From NCBI GenBank assembly GCA_047285535.1, contig JBJBDC010000001.1, forward strand, positions 2,112,136-2,176,135: DNA of 64,000 nt, given 5' to 3'. Shown in pieces: positions 25,026-34,592 of the stretch. How positions within the stretch are numbered: the first letter of the stretch is position 1; each line of letters opens with the position of its first letter. A model generated the notes under the pieces. That model did not search any database and was not told where the DNA came from. It was given only the letters and a program-made list of their open reading frames with translations. Source of the stretch: Synechococcus sp. GTDB lineage: Bacteria; Cyanobacteriota; Cyanobacteriia; PCC-6307; Cyanobiaceae. The translations under genes were made by a program, and so were the position numbers.

Positions 25026-25870
25026 CCACAACCGAACGACGCAGATCAATTGCTTGGATCAACGGCTGTTGGGGCCATCCAACAGACCTAACGGTTCCGC
25101 TCAGCGACCGCGGCCTCCAACTGGCCGATGGGCTATTTGAAACCATTTTGGTTCATGAGCAAAGGCCGTGTTTACTGGACGCACACCTGCTGCGCTGGAG
25201 GGAGAGTGCTGCACTTTTAGGAATGGCACCGCCACCCCAAAGACCATGGCTGGATTCATTGATTCAGGAAGCCATCCAACGGGTTGGGCTTGCCAAGCAG
25301 GAAGGGGCCCTTCGCTTGAACTGGAGTCGAGGTGATGGATGCAAACGAGGCATCGGACTTGACGAAAACCCACCCACTGCATCACGACACCGCTTTTGGT
25401 TGACGTTACACGTCCATACCCCGACTTTTGAAACCGTACGCACTTGGATCAGTCGCCATGAATACCGGCATGTCTCAAGTTTGCTCAGTCGATGTAAAAC
25501 CCTCTCCTATGGCCAATCGATCCAAGTCCGACGGGAGGCTCAGCAGAGAGGAGGTGACGAAGGTCTGATGCTCAGCAGCAATGGTGCGCTTTGCTGTGGA
25601 AGCACTGCGAATCTTCTTGTACAACGCCATGGCCGATGGCTCACACCCCCCTTAAGCGATGGCTGTTTAGCTGGAGTGATGCGGGCAGAGTCCATCAGAC
25701 GAGGGCTTGTCCATGAGCAATCCCTTTCACCAAAACCTCAACCAGATGACCAATGGTTGTTGATCAATAGCCTTAGCTGCCATCCAATTAGTCACTTGAA
25801 CAATGAGCCACTGAAGATCAACGGAGAAGCCGAGGCTTTTTGGCGATCTCTGCTTCACTCTCATCCTTAG
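25022..25870 (+). CDS. pabC: Class IV aminotransferase / aminodeoxychorismate lyase
   Basis: DRGLQLADGLFET, KTLSY, TPPLSDGCLAGVMR. Confidence 0.82.
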   Translation: MTTTERRRSIAWINGCWGHPTDLTVPLSDRGLQLADGLFETILVHEQRPCLLDAHLLRWRESAALLGMAPPPQRPWLDSLIQEAIQRVGLAKQEGALRLNWSRGDGCKRGIGLDENPPTASRHRFWLTLHVHTPTFETVRTWISRHEYRHVSSLLSRCKTLSYGQSIQVRREAQQRGGDEGLMLSSNGALCCGSTANLLVQRHGRWLTPPLSDGCLAGVMRAESIRRGLVHEQSLSPKPQPDDQWLLINSLSCHPISHLNNEPLKINGEAEAFWRSLLHSHP

Positions 25871-25912
25871 AAATCATTGTCATTGTGATCACGACAGGAC
25901 GCAATAGGTGAT

Positions 25913-27511
25913 TTGGAATTACGTCGAGATCTAAGCCTCACAAGCCTCACCATGACCGTCGTAACGGGAACTATTGGTTCGGGATGGCTATTGGCATCCT
26001 ATTTCGCCGCCCGCACAGCAGGGCCAGAAAGCCTACCTGCCTGGCTTTTAGGAGGCTTCATTTCTTTCCTGCTAGCGCTGGTCTTTGCTGAGCTCGGCTC
26101 ACTGATCAACAGCTCCGGTGCCCTGGCACAGATTCCCCTCGTAAGCCATGGCCGTTTGTCAGGCTTCATCGGCGGATGGAGTATCTGGATCAGCTATTTA
26201 GGCGTGCCCACGATCGAGCTACTCGCCATGCTCGATTATCTCGACAGCAGCCTCCCCTGGCTCACTCAAGATCGAAGTGGGACTCAAATTCTCAGCGGTG
26301 CAGGTCTTGCTGTCGCGGTCGCATTGATGTTGCTCCTCACCTGGATCAATCTCAACGGAGTCAAAGGTCTGGCCCGCTGGATCAACAGCTTGACGATCTG
26401 GAAGCTTGTAGTCCCCCTTCTGGTAGCCACCGTGCTGATGCTGCTCAGTCAGCACTGGGAAAACCTGTTCATACCGATGACCCTTGGAGACACCATCGCA
26501 ACTGACATCACCAATGGTGAAGGCACGGAACTCATGAATGCTGTGGGCAGCGGGGGGATTCTTTTCTGTCTGCTGGGCTTTCGCACAGCTGTGGACCTCG
26601 CTGGAGAAACCCGCAACCCGCAACGCAATGTGCCCTTAGCCATGGGACTCGGGCTAGGTATCAGTTTGCTGATTTACGTTCTCCTACAACTCTCCTTTTT
26701 GGTGAGCGTGCCTCCGGATGCCCTGCAAAAGGGTTGGAGCCATCTCAACCTCAGCCAACATGGTGGCCCCCTCGCCGCCCTAGCCCTGGGACTGGGTCTC
26801 GGTTGGATGGTGGTTCTCTTGCTAATCGATGCAGCACTCTCCCCAAGTACAACCGCTATGGCCTACTTGGGAGTGTCGGCTCGAGTGAGCTGGATGATGG
26901 GTCGCTGCAAGCTGCTCCCAAAGAACTTCGAACGGGTCAACAGAAATGGTGTTCCCGATATTGCTGTCATCAGCAGCTTGGTGGTGGGCTGTGCCCTGTT
27001 CTTGATCGGACCAGGTTGGCAACAGGTTGTTTCGTTCCTCACTGCAGCACAAATGATCGCTCTAGCCATGGGACCGGCAAGTTTGTTGGCCTTGCGCCGC
27101 CAGCTCCCTAAGGAAAGAAAACACTTTCGTATTCCATGGCCAACGCCAATCAGTTCAATGGCTTTCGTGATGGCCACATGGGCTACAAACTGGTGCGGAC
27201 GCATAGCTCTAGAAGGAGCCGTGATCGCCATCGGAATCCCAAGCTTGTTATTCGCTCTCTACAACTGGCGGAAACAACAACCAATCGAAACCAAAGCAGG
27301 TCTTTGGTGGGGGCTTTATCTCGGATTACTAGTGCTTGACATGGAACTCTTCAGTAGCGGACAGCCCTTACAACTGCCAAATCATTCCCATCTAGCCGTA
27401 TTGGCCGGCATAGCTCTACTGATATTGCCGATAGCGGTCAACAGTGCATTACCCGAGATATCACCCCTAGCACTCACTCACTTAAACAACGAGTTTCAAC
27501 AACCTGACTGA
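25913..27511 (+). CDS. APC-family amino acid permease
   Basis: GTIGSGW, AELGS, many TM helices, GFRTAVDLAGETRNPQRNVP. Confidence 0.92.
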   Translation: MELRRDLSLTSLTMTVVTGTIGSGWLLASYFAARTAGPESLPAWLLGGFISFLLALVFAELGSLINSSGALAQIPLVSHGRLSGFIGGWSIWISYLGVPTIELLAMLDYLDSSLPWLTQDRSGTQILSGAGLAVAVALMLLLTWINLNGVKGLARWINSLTIWKLVVPLLVATVLMLLSQHWENLFIPMTLGDTIATDITNGEGTELMNAVGSGGILFCLLGFRTAVDLAGETRNPQRNVPLAMGLGLGISLLIYVLLQLSFLVSVPPDALQKGWSHLNLSQHGGPLAALALGLGLGWMVVLLLIDAALSPSTTAMAYLGVSARVSWMMGRCKLLPKNFERVNRNGVPDIAVISSLVVGCALFLIGPGWQQVVSFLTAAQMIALAMGPASLLALRRQLPKERKHFRIPWPTPISSMAFVMATWATNWCGRIALEGAVIAIGIPSLLFALYNWRKQQPIETKAGLWWGLYLGLLVLDMELFSSGQPLQLPNHSHLAVLAGIALLILPIAVNSALPEISPLALTHLNNEFQQPD

Positions 27512-27990
27512 GTCCAGCTACAGAGTCACTGGCCAAAGACTATTGAATGAAGCAACAACAATCGGCTTAACGTACAAAGCCTCCAGTTAGCAAACCTGCC
27601 TAACTCTGTCCTTGAGCCATCGCATCTCAAGGGATTGATCCCTTCGCAAGCGCTCGAGCAAACAAACATTCTCGAGCGAGCCATCAAACCGCACCCACTC
27701 ATAAGCAATTCATAACTAGCGAGCAACAACCTGAGCCCAAGAGGCAGCCGGATGCGCAATGGGAAACGTCTGCAGAAGCAACAAAGGTCACTAGAAACAG
27801 TCTATTTACGAGCAAAAGGCCAAGGGTCATTCATAACAATGATCCAAAACGACTATTTGATACGCATAAAACAGCAAAGGCTAGGACAACAATGAAGAAT
27901 CAATCAAAAATCATCATTCAACACAAGCTTATAACTTAAGGTAATTCCGGGAGATAATTGAATCTATAAAGATTAATTGCCTCACAGATA

Positions 27991-28431
27991 TTACGCACTA
28001 TACTCAACACCTCGATAAACTTTTTTCAGGCATGAAGTCAAAGTAGATTCAATCTCTAATAAAGCGGCTAGTCGACGAGAGCGCAGAAAGCCACCGGGCC
28101 TAACTGTTGCCCGTGAAACTGGGGATGGATCTACTCCGATCAGCTCAGCAGTCATTCGTGAACGGATAAACCCACCAGGCTGAATTGTTCTTTTTGACCG
28201 ATTACAGGAAGAATAAGGAGAGACTAAACACCCGCGATAAACAAGACGGCAATTAGTATTTGTACTGTTGTCAAGCTGAAGAAGTAGCGCCGTTTTCTTG
28301 GATCGAATAATATTATTTCGTGAATTAATAGAAACTCTTCTACGGTAAACTAATTCAAGAGGAGTTAGGCATTCAACCCTAGATCCTTCCATTTTCTCGT
28401 AAGAATTTCCTCGAAAGACAAGCTGTGACAT
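27991..28431 (-). CDS. Basic DUF4278-like protein with repeated (Y/F)RG motifs
   Basis: LVFRGNSY, LVYRRR, LVYRGC, VYRGVEY; AAGGAG RBS; riboswitch upstream. Confidence 0.8.
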   Translation of the reverse strand: MSQLVFRGNSYEKMEGSRVECLTPLELVYRRRVSINSRNNIIRSKKTALLLQLDNSTNTNCRLVYRGCLVSPYSSCNRSKRTIQPGGFIRSRMTAELIGVDPSPVSRATVRPGGFLRSRRLAALLEIESTLTSCLKKVYRGVEYSA

Positions 28432-28455
28432 GAATTACGCTCCTTTTCAAATGGG

Positions 28456-28508
28456 CCCCGGTTCCCTGGCCCTAAAGCAGGTGCGCCCTGACTTAGCAGG
28501 GTGAACGT
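28456..28508 (-). ncRNA. Glutamine riboswitch class II (Downstream-peptide motif)
   Basis: CGTTCA-CCCTG/CAGGG stem-CGCA-CCTG/TAGG stem-GCCAGGGAACCGGGG upstream of a YRG-motif ORF, the typical context of this motif. Confidence 0.8.
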
Positions 28509-28515
28509 TTGATCA

Positions 28516-28529
28516 GTAACGATAGTTAC
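28516..28529. promoter_or_regulatory. Perfect NtcA box in probable repressing position
   Basis: GTAACGATAGTTAC, 7 nt upstream of the riboswitch and containing a minus-strand TAN3T (TATCGT). Confidence 0.8.
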
Positions 28530-28657
28530 ACAATTAAGAATGCCCAAACAACGCAAGGCTCGAAGCTCGGGTGGATACCAAATCCCAAAAAAGTCATATC
28601 TCTACACAAAGAGGCATGATTGCAAAATGTAGAGCGAGGTCTGCCCGATGCTCAACG

Positions 28658-29134
28658 ATGAATCACAGCTGGATCACCAAAAAAAGGCTGGCAAGCCTCA
28701 TCCTGGCCTGTCTGAGCATCACAAGTTGCGCTTCACAGAAGGAGGTACGGGTCAGCTCTGCAACTCCTGGTGACGTGCTTACAGTTGTGGGCGACGACAA
28801 GGTTGTTCTAGTCAGCGCCTTTAAACCGGGCCAGCCAAATGGATTGTTCGATGGCGGAATCAAGGTGATCAGCAATAAGAGACCAACACGGTTTGCTGAA
28901 ATAAATGTTGTCTGCAGCATGCCAGATCTACCTAATTGGCCTCAGTACGACAACATTTACGGACGTTGGTTAAAGAAAGATGAACAGCCTGGACTTGAGG
29001 GCGGGCAAACTGACTGGCAACTTTTGACTTACTTTAGTGGCGATAAAAAGAGCCAAGGGAAGGAAGAAGTTCCACAATGGGCCAACCGGTTAGCACAAAA
29101 CCTATGCAGAAAAGGTGACTTTAGCGACAAATAA
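28658..29134 (+). CDS. Putative lipoprotein of unknown function
   Basis: KKR + hydrophobic stretch + SITSC lipobox-like. Confidence 0.7.
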   Translation: MNHSWITKKRLASLILACLSITSCASQKEVRVSSATPGDVLTVVGDDKVVLVSAFKPGQPNGLFDGGIKVISNKRPTRFAEINVVCSMPDLPNWPQYDNIYGRWLKKDEQPGLEGGQTDWQLLTYFSGDKKSQGKEEVPQWANRLAQNLCRKGDFSDK

Positions 29135-29203
29135 GCCACTACTTGTTCAAAGCTTAGAACCAAATGAAGCAATCAATACGCTGAAAAGATCAGTCGATAA
29201 AAA

Positions 29204-29219
29204 TGTCTCATCTGAGACA
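29204..29219. promoter_or_regulatory. Palindromic operator upstream of amiF (TGT-N10-ACA)
   Basis: TGTCTCA-TC-TGAGACA perfect inverted repeat. Confidence 0.55.
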
Positions 29220-29251
29220 ACTCGGTACCTAAGAGAAGTCGAAGATCAAAG

Positions 29252-30346
29252 ATGTTCTCTAAAACTCCGCTTGTGGCAAGTACCGGCAGCGTAAGCGCAT
29301 GGGATGAAGCATTGCTCACCGCAATGGTTCAATATCCAGTCCCCGTTATTAAAGGGCCAGAAGATATCCAGACCCAGGTCGACCAAATCTGCACATGCTT
29401 AGCCAACACAAAGGCTGGCTATCCCGACCTAGATCTCATTGTCTTTCCTGAGTACTCAACTCAAGGTCTGAATACCAAGATCTGGACATACGATGAAATG
29501 CTTCTTCGCGTGGATTCGCCTGAGATCGATCGATTCCGTCAAGCATGCAAAGAAAACGACGTATGGGGTGTCTTTTCTCTAATGGAGCGGAATGACGACC
29601 CTAGTCTCCCTCCGTTTAACACAGCAATCATCATCAACTCTGATGGTGAAATTGCTTTGCATTACAGAAAACTGCAACCTTGGGTGCCGATTGAACCCTG
29701 GTCTCCTGGTAATTATGGAATGCCAGTTTGTGACGGTCCTAAAGGTTCAAAATTGGCTGTTTGCATCTGCCATGACGGCATGTTCCCAGAACTAGCGCGC
29801 GAGGCCGCCTACAAAGGTGCCAATGTTTATATCAGGATTTCAGGCTATTCAACGCAAGTCAATGATCAATGGATTTGGACCAACAGGACAAACGCATGGC
29901 AGAATTTAATGTATACAATCTCGGTTAATTTGGCAGGCTACGACAATGTCTTCTACTACTTTGGAGAAGGAACGGTCTGCAATTATGATGGAAATGTGAT
30001 CCAACAAGGTCACAGAAATCCTTGGGAGATTGTTACTGCTGAATTATTCCCACGCCTTGTAGACAAGGCAAGGGAAAACTGGGCTCTCGAAAATAACATC
30101 TTCAACCTTGGATGCAGAGCCTATGTTGGCAAGCCAGGAGGCGAAAAAGAGAATTATCTCACTTGGGTTAAGGATCTTGCCAACGGCGAATACAAACTTC
30201 CTTGGGATGACAAGATCAAAGTTCGAGATGGCTGGAAGTATTACCCAGAAGGCGTCCAATTAGGCCCATTGCCCACAACAGGTAATGGGCATAGTACTCA
30301 GGCTCCTGTGCTAACGGAAGAAGCGCCTGTGATGGCACAAGTCTAA
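29252..30346 (+). CDS. amiF: Formamidase (nitrilase superfamily, AmiF type)
   Basis: [10 protein letters not shown] (Glu), YRKLQPW (Lys), [18 protein letters not shown] (Cys), [11 protein letters not shown], matching AmiF as I recall it; start may be the nearby GTG. Confidence 0.92.
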   Translation: MFSKTPLVASTGSVSAWDEALLTAMVQYPVPVIKGPEDIQTQVDQICTCLANTKAGYPDLDLIVFPEYSTQGLNTKIWTYDEMLLRVDSPEIDRFRQACKENDVWGVFSLMERNDDPSLPPFNTAIIINSDGEIALHYRKLQPWVPIEPWSPGNYGMPVCDGPKGSKLAVCICHDGMFPELAREAAYKGANVYIRISGYSTQVNDQWIWTNRTNAWQNLMYTISVNLAGYDNVFYYFGEGTVCNYDGNVIQQGHRNPWEIVTAELFPRLVDKARENWALENNIFNLGCRAYVGKPGGEKENYLTWVKDLANGEYKLPWDDKIKVRDGWKYYPEGVQLGPLPTTGNGHSTQAPVLTEEAPVMAQV

Positions 30347-30371
30347 CCATAGCAACTAAGAATCTTCAATT

Positions 30372-30400
30372 AAGCCCCAGATAACTCTGGGGCTTTTTTA
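30372..30400 (+). terminator. Intrinsic terminator after amiF
   Basis: AAGCCCCAG-ataact-CTGGGGCTT followed by T run. Confidence 0.85.
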
Positions 30401-30581
30401 TGAATAAAGGAAATTCAAGGCAAATAAACCAGTCAAAAACAAAGAGACAATCCTGATGCAATAAATCAGCAGATCAAGCCATGAGACATCAATTAGGAGG
30501 TTGTGTCATTGAATGATTAGCCAATAGAAGACCTTTCAAAGTAAAAAATATAGATAAATTCAAAACAAGAGACTGTGAGTC

Positions 30582-31337
30582 TTAGACAGTCAAGAATTCC
30601 TGGATAACAGCATCAGAAAGATTTGAAGTGGGACCACTAGACACAATTCCTCCACGTTGCATCGCATAATAAAAGCTTGATTGCTTAACGAAATGAAGAT
30701 GTTGTTCAACAAGCAGTACGCTAATGCCAGTCTCTTTGATAATTCTCTGCACAGCTCGTTCAATATCAAGAATGATGGATGGCTGAATTCCTTCGGTAGG
30801 CTCATCCAATAGTAATAATTTTGGTTTCCCTAGCAAGGCGCGTGCAATAGCTAATTGTTGCTGCTGCCCACCACTTAAATCACCACCTTTACGATTTAAG
30901 AACTGCTCGAGAATCGGAAATAGTTCATAGATAAACGGATCTATATGTCGATTTTTACCCATACCACCTGGCAATGCTTCCATACCCAAAAGAAGATTCT
31001 CACGAACAGTTAGGAATGGAATGATGTCTCTACCTTGGGTCACATAACCAATTCCGTGTCGAGCTCTTTGATAGGGAGGTTGAGTTAAAAGCTCATTAGA
31101 TTCATAATAGATCGAGCCAGATCGTTGCTGTAAGAGTCCAATCAAAGTCTTCAGGAAAGTGGTTTTTCCAACACCATTCCTGCCAATCAAACAAACCATT
31201 TCACCCTTGGGTATTTGCAAATCAACATTACGTAAAATATGGCTCTCACCATAATAAACATTGATGCCAGAAGCACGAAGGACAAATTCAGCAGAAGATG
31301 GATGGGCTGTTTGTGGCTGCATAACAGAAGAAGGCAT
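30582..31337 (-). CDS. urtE: Urea ABC transporter ATPase
   Basis: GRNGVGKTT, LSGGQQQQLAIARAL, DEPTEGIQPS. Confidence 0.93.
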   Translation of the reverse strand: MPSSVMQPQTAHPSSAEFVLRASGINVYYGESHILRNVDLQIPKGEMVCLIGRNGVGKTTFLKTLIGLLQQRSGSIYYESNELLTQPPYQRARHGIGYVTQGRDIIPFLTVRENLLLGMEALPGGMGKNRHIDPFIYELFPILEQFLNRKGGDLSGGQQQQLAIARALLGKPKLLLLDEPTEGIQPSIILDIERAVQRIIKETGISVLLVEQHLHFVKQSSFYYAMQRGGIVSSGPTSNLSDAVIQEFLTV

Positions 31338-31376
31338 GATTAACAATTAGCAAAGAACAAGCGAGATAAGATCTAA

Positions 31377-32126
31377 CTAATGATCATCAGATTGACCAAG
31401 ATATACCTCAATGACACGCGGGTCACGTTTAACCTCATCCAAAGTTCCTTCGGTTAACTTTTGACCCTGATGCAACACCGTGACAGGTGCGCCAAGATCT
31501 CTAATAAATTCCATATCGTGCTCGATTACAACAACTGTATGCTCTCCAGCCAATGACTTAATGAGTTCAGCAGTTTTTGAAGTCTCATCATCGGTTAAAC
31601 CAGCTACAGGCTCATCCAATAGAATGATGTCAGGAGATTGAGCTACAAGCATCGAAATAGCAAGCCATTGTTTTTGTCCATGAGAGAGGGATCCTGCCTG
31701 AAGCTTGGCATAGGGAGCAAGCCCGACATATTCCATAATTTTAAAAACCTCTTCTCTTACAACAGAGCTGAGAGATTTTGTTAACAACGCCAAAGGTGTT
31801 TTAGTAGGAGAAGCCGTCAACTCAAGATTGCGTTGAACGGACAAATTCTCCCAGACTCTTGGTGTTTGAAATTTACGACCGACTCCCATTCTAGAGATTT
31901 TTTGTTCTGATAATCCGATAATACTTTTGCCTCGTAATTTCACACTACCCTTGGTGGGTTTGACCTTTCCTGTAATGACGTCTAAGAAAGTAGTTTTACC
32001 AGCCCCATTTGGACCGATAATGGACCTCAGTTCACCAGGATACAACTTAAAATCAAGGTCGGTTAAAGCGTAAAAGCCATCAAAACTAACGCTTACCTGG
32101 TCTAAATCAAGAATTGAATTCTGCAT
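31377..32126 (-). CDS. urtD: Urea ABC transporter ATPase
   Basis: GPNGAGKTT, GRKFQTP, LSHGQKQWL. Confidence 0.93.
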   Translation of the reverse strand: MQNSILDLDQVSVSFDGFYALTDLDFKLYPGELRSIIGPNGAGKTTFLDVITGKVKPTKGSVKLRGKSIIGLSEQKISRMGVGRKFQTPRVWENLSVQRNLELTASPTKTPLALLTKSLSSVVREEVFKIMEYVGLAPYAKLQAGSLSHGQKQWLAISMLVAQSPDIILLDEPVAGLTDDETSKTAELIKSLAGEHTVVVIEHDMEFIRDLGAPVTVLHQGQKLTEGTLDEVKRDPRVIEVYLGQSDDH

Positions 32127-32164
32127 GGGTAATTGAAGCTCAGTGATTCATTGAAAAAGACAGA

Positions 32165-33313
32165 TTAGACTTTAAGAGACTCCTCTCGAACGGATTCGTC
32201 TAAATCTAATTTTGGATAGGTAGAGGTTTTTTTCGCAATTCCAAATGCTGCAAGCATCGATGTGAACCCACCTTTGGTGAACCAACCATAAATACCATCA
32301 GGCATAAGAACCACAACAAAAACGAAGAGAGCACCTTGAACAAACAACCAAGCTTCTGGAAGTGCTTCACTTACCAAACTACGCAAATAGTTCACCAAAA
32401 CAGCACCGATAATTGGTCCCACCAAAGTGCCACGACCACCTACTGCAACCCAAATGACCATCTCAATCGACATTGAGATAGACATAAATTGAGGAGAAAC
32501 AATACCTGATTGGACTGTATATAAGGCTCCAGAAACTCCGGCTAGTCCTCCTGCCACAATAAAAACTATAACCTTAAATGGGGTAGGATTAAATCCAGAA
32601 AAACGTAACCTTGGCTCATCATCTCTGATTGCTATTAAGGAGTCACCAAACCTTCCAGAGGTTAAATATTTGCATAACAAAAAAGCAAAAGGAAGAAGTA
32701 TCAATGTAATTTTATAGAATAAAACCTGAGCATCGTCAGAACCAGCAGCCATGCCAAATATCTCAGTTGTACTTGTTTTAAGTCCATTGGTCCCGTTCAC
32801 AAGCTTTTGCTGTCCGTTGAAAAAGTGATAAAAAACCATCAACGAAGCCTGCATAATTATCGAAAAATAGACTCCTTTAATTCTGTTCCTAAAAATCAGG
32901 TAGCCAACAAAACCAGCAATAATAGAAGGGATCAAGAAAATCGCTATGATCGAGAAAGGGAAAGACCAAAAAGGTTCCCAGAAAAATGGCAAATTATCTA
33001 CACCATAATTTTCAAAGAATTTCGGAAGTCCATTAGCACCAGTTGTAAAGTCGTTTTTAGTAACCAACAACAGATGCATTGCAATTGCGTAACCTCCCAA
33101 AGAGAAGAAAATGCCTTGTCCCAAACTGAGTAATCCTGTATATCCCCAAATCAAATCAATCCCAAGAGCAACAAATGCTAAAGAGAAATAACGACCAAAC
33201 AAATTTAAGCGAAATTGAGAAAAACCAAACAGCCCAGATTTTGCCATCGCAGGTAAAACGAAAAAGGCAATGGCGAGAAGTATCCAGGGGACAAGTCGTT
33301 TAAAAAGTTTCAT
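32165..33313 (-). CDS. urtC: Urea ABC transporter permease
   Basis: DLIWGYTGLLSLGQG, IKGVYFSI, AIRDDEPR, VAVGGRGTL. Confidence 0.93.
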   Translation of the reverse strand: MKLFKRLVPWILLAIAFFVLPAMAKSGLFGFSQFRLNLFGRYFSLAFVALGIDLIWGYTGLLSLGQGIFFSLGGYAIAMHLLLVTKNDFTTGANGLPKFFENYGVDNLPFFWEPFWSFPFSIIAIFLIPSIIAGFVGYLIFRNRIKGVYFSIIMQASLMVFYHFFNGQQKLVNGTNGLKTSTTEIFGMAAGSDDAQVLFYKITLILLPFAFLLCKYLTSGRFGDSLIAIRDDEPRLRFSGFNPTPFKVIVFIVAGGLAGVSGALYTVQSGIVSPQFMSISMSIEMVIWVAVGGRGTLVGPIIGAVLVNYLRSLVSEALPEAWLFVQGALFVFVVVLMPDGIYGWFTKGGFTSMLAAFGIAKKTSTYPKLDLDESVREESLKV

Positions 33314-33335
33314 GAGTTAATGAATGAGGAGTGTG

Positions 33336-34496
33336 TTAAGCCTCAACTGAACGTCCCTTCTGGGGGAACATTCCAGTTGGCTTGAATTGCAAAAAGGCGA
33401 TGATAAATATAAATACCAATACATATGACATGCTTGTTGTAGCAAAGAATTCAACAACAGACCGAAGTGAATTTGGCATGCCTGGGAAAGCAATTAATAA
33501 AGATCCAGATCCTATAATTGATTGAATAATGCCCAACATCAAGGATGCAATGACAGTCCCAACAAGATTGCCAACACCTCCAAGCACAATCACCATGAAA
33601 CAGGAAACAATATAAGAACCACCGAGATTAGGACCAACAGAACCAAGCAAAGTTATTGCACAACCTGCAACTCCTGCCAACCCAGATCCAATGCCAAAAG
33701 TAATACTATCAACACTATCTGTAGGAATACCAAGGCAATTACTCATTTCACGATTTTGAGTCACGGCTCTAATTCGAACACCCCAAACACTTTTTGTAAG
33801 AAACCATGCAACTGCAGCTAGCAAGAGTGCAGAGAGAATGATGATAAAGATGCGAATACCAGGTAATTCAATTCCTGCAATTGAGCCCCAACTACCTTGA
33901 AGCCACTTCGGAGGGGTCACATCTAGATTTCTTGGACCAAACCAAGGGCTCGAAAAAAATCTACCGGCTGAAGCGACAGATCCAATCGATATCAAACCAA
34001 TAACACCTGCAACAATCCAAATAACGCCATTCAAGTAAGAAGCAAAAGAGGCTTGCTTTAATGGCATAGGCAAGAATTTTTGCACTGCCCAACCCAATAA
34101 TGCAGTAACAGCAATGCCAATGACCATCGCCAAAGAGACACTGCGGACAAATTGGATAAGAATCAAACTGACTCCCCATGTAGCCAGCAATGTTTCTAAG
34201 GGACGACCATAAAGACGTCGTATTAATGTCCTTTCAAGGAAAACGCCAATGACAGCCGTGACAAGAAATGCTGCACATAAGGCAATGATGTAGTAGGACT
34301 CAAATAAGATACCTCCCAATGGTTTAAAAAGATTTTGAACCACAAACGTGACATAGGCGCCTATCATCATGAATTCGCCATGGGCGAGATTAATCACACC
34401 CATCAGTCCAAAAACGATGGCCAAACCTGTTGCAGCAAGCAGCAAGACTGCTCCTATACTTAAGCCATCAAGCAACTGTGAAAAAATTAGCTCCAT
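33336..34496 (-). CDS. urtB: Urea ABC transporter permease
   Basis: FGLMGVINLAHGE, RPLETLLATWG, IRAVTQNR. Confidence 0.93.
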   Translation of the reverse strand: MELIFSQLLDGLSIGAVLLLAATGLAIVFGLMGVINLAHGEFMMIGAYVTFVVQNLFKPLGGILFESYYIIALCAAFLVTAVIGVFLERTLIRRLYGRPLETLLATWGVSLILIQFVRSVSLAMVIGIAVTALLGWAVQKFLPMPLKQASFASYLNGVIWIVAGVIGLISIGSVASAGRFFSSPWFGPRNLDVTPPKWLQGSWGSIAGIELPGIRIFIIILSALLLAAVAWFLTKSVWGVRIRAVTQNREMSNCLGIPTDSVDSITFGIGSGLAGVAGCAITLLGSVGPNLGGSYIVSCFMVIVLGGVGNLVGTVIASLMLGIIQSIIGSGSLLIAFPGMPNSLRSVVEFFATTSMSYVLVFIFIIAFLQFKPTGMFPQKGRSVEA

Positions 34497-34525
34497 AGAT
34501 CAGTAGCTCCATAATTCTTTTGAGT

Positions 34526-34560
34526 AAAAAAAAGGTGGATCAAAGATAAATTGATCCACC
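34526..34560 (-). terminator. Hairpin with U-tract between urtA and urtB
   Basis: GGTGGATCAA-N7-TTGATCCACC with an A run on the + strand (U-tract on minus). Confidence 0.75.
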
Positions 34561-34592
34561 ACAAGGAAAATTCTTAGTCAAGAATTACTGAA

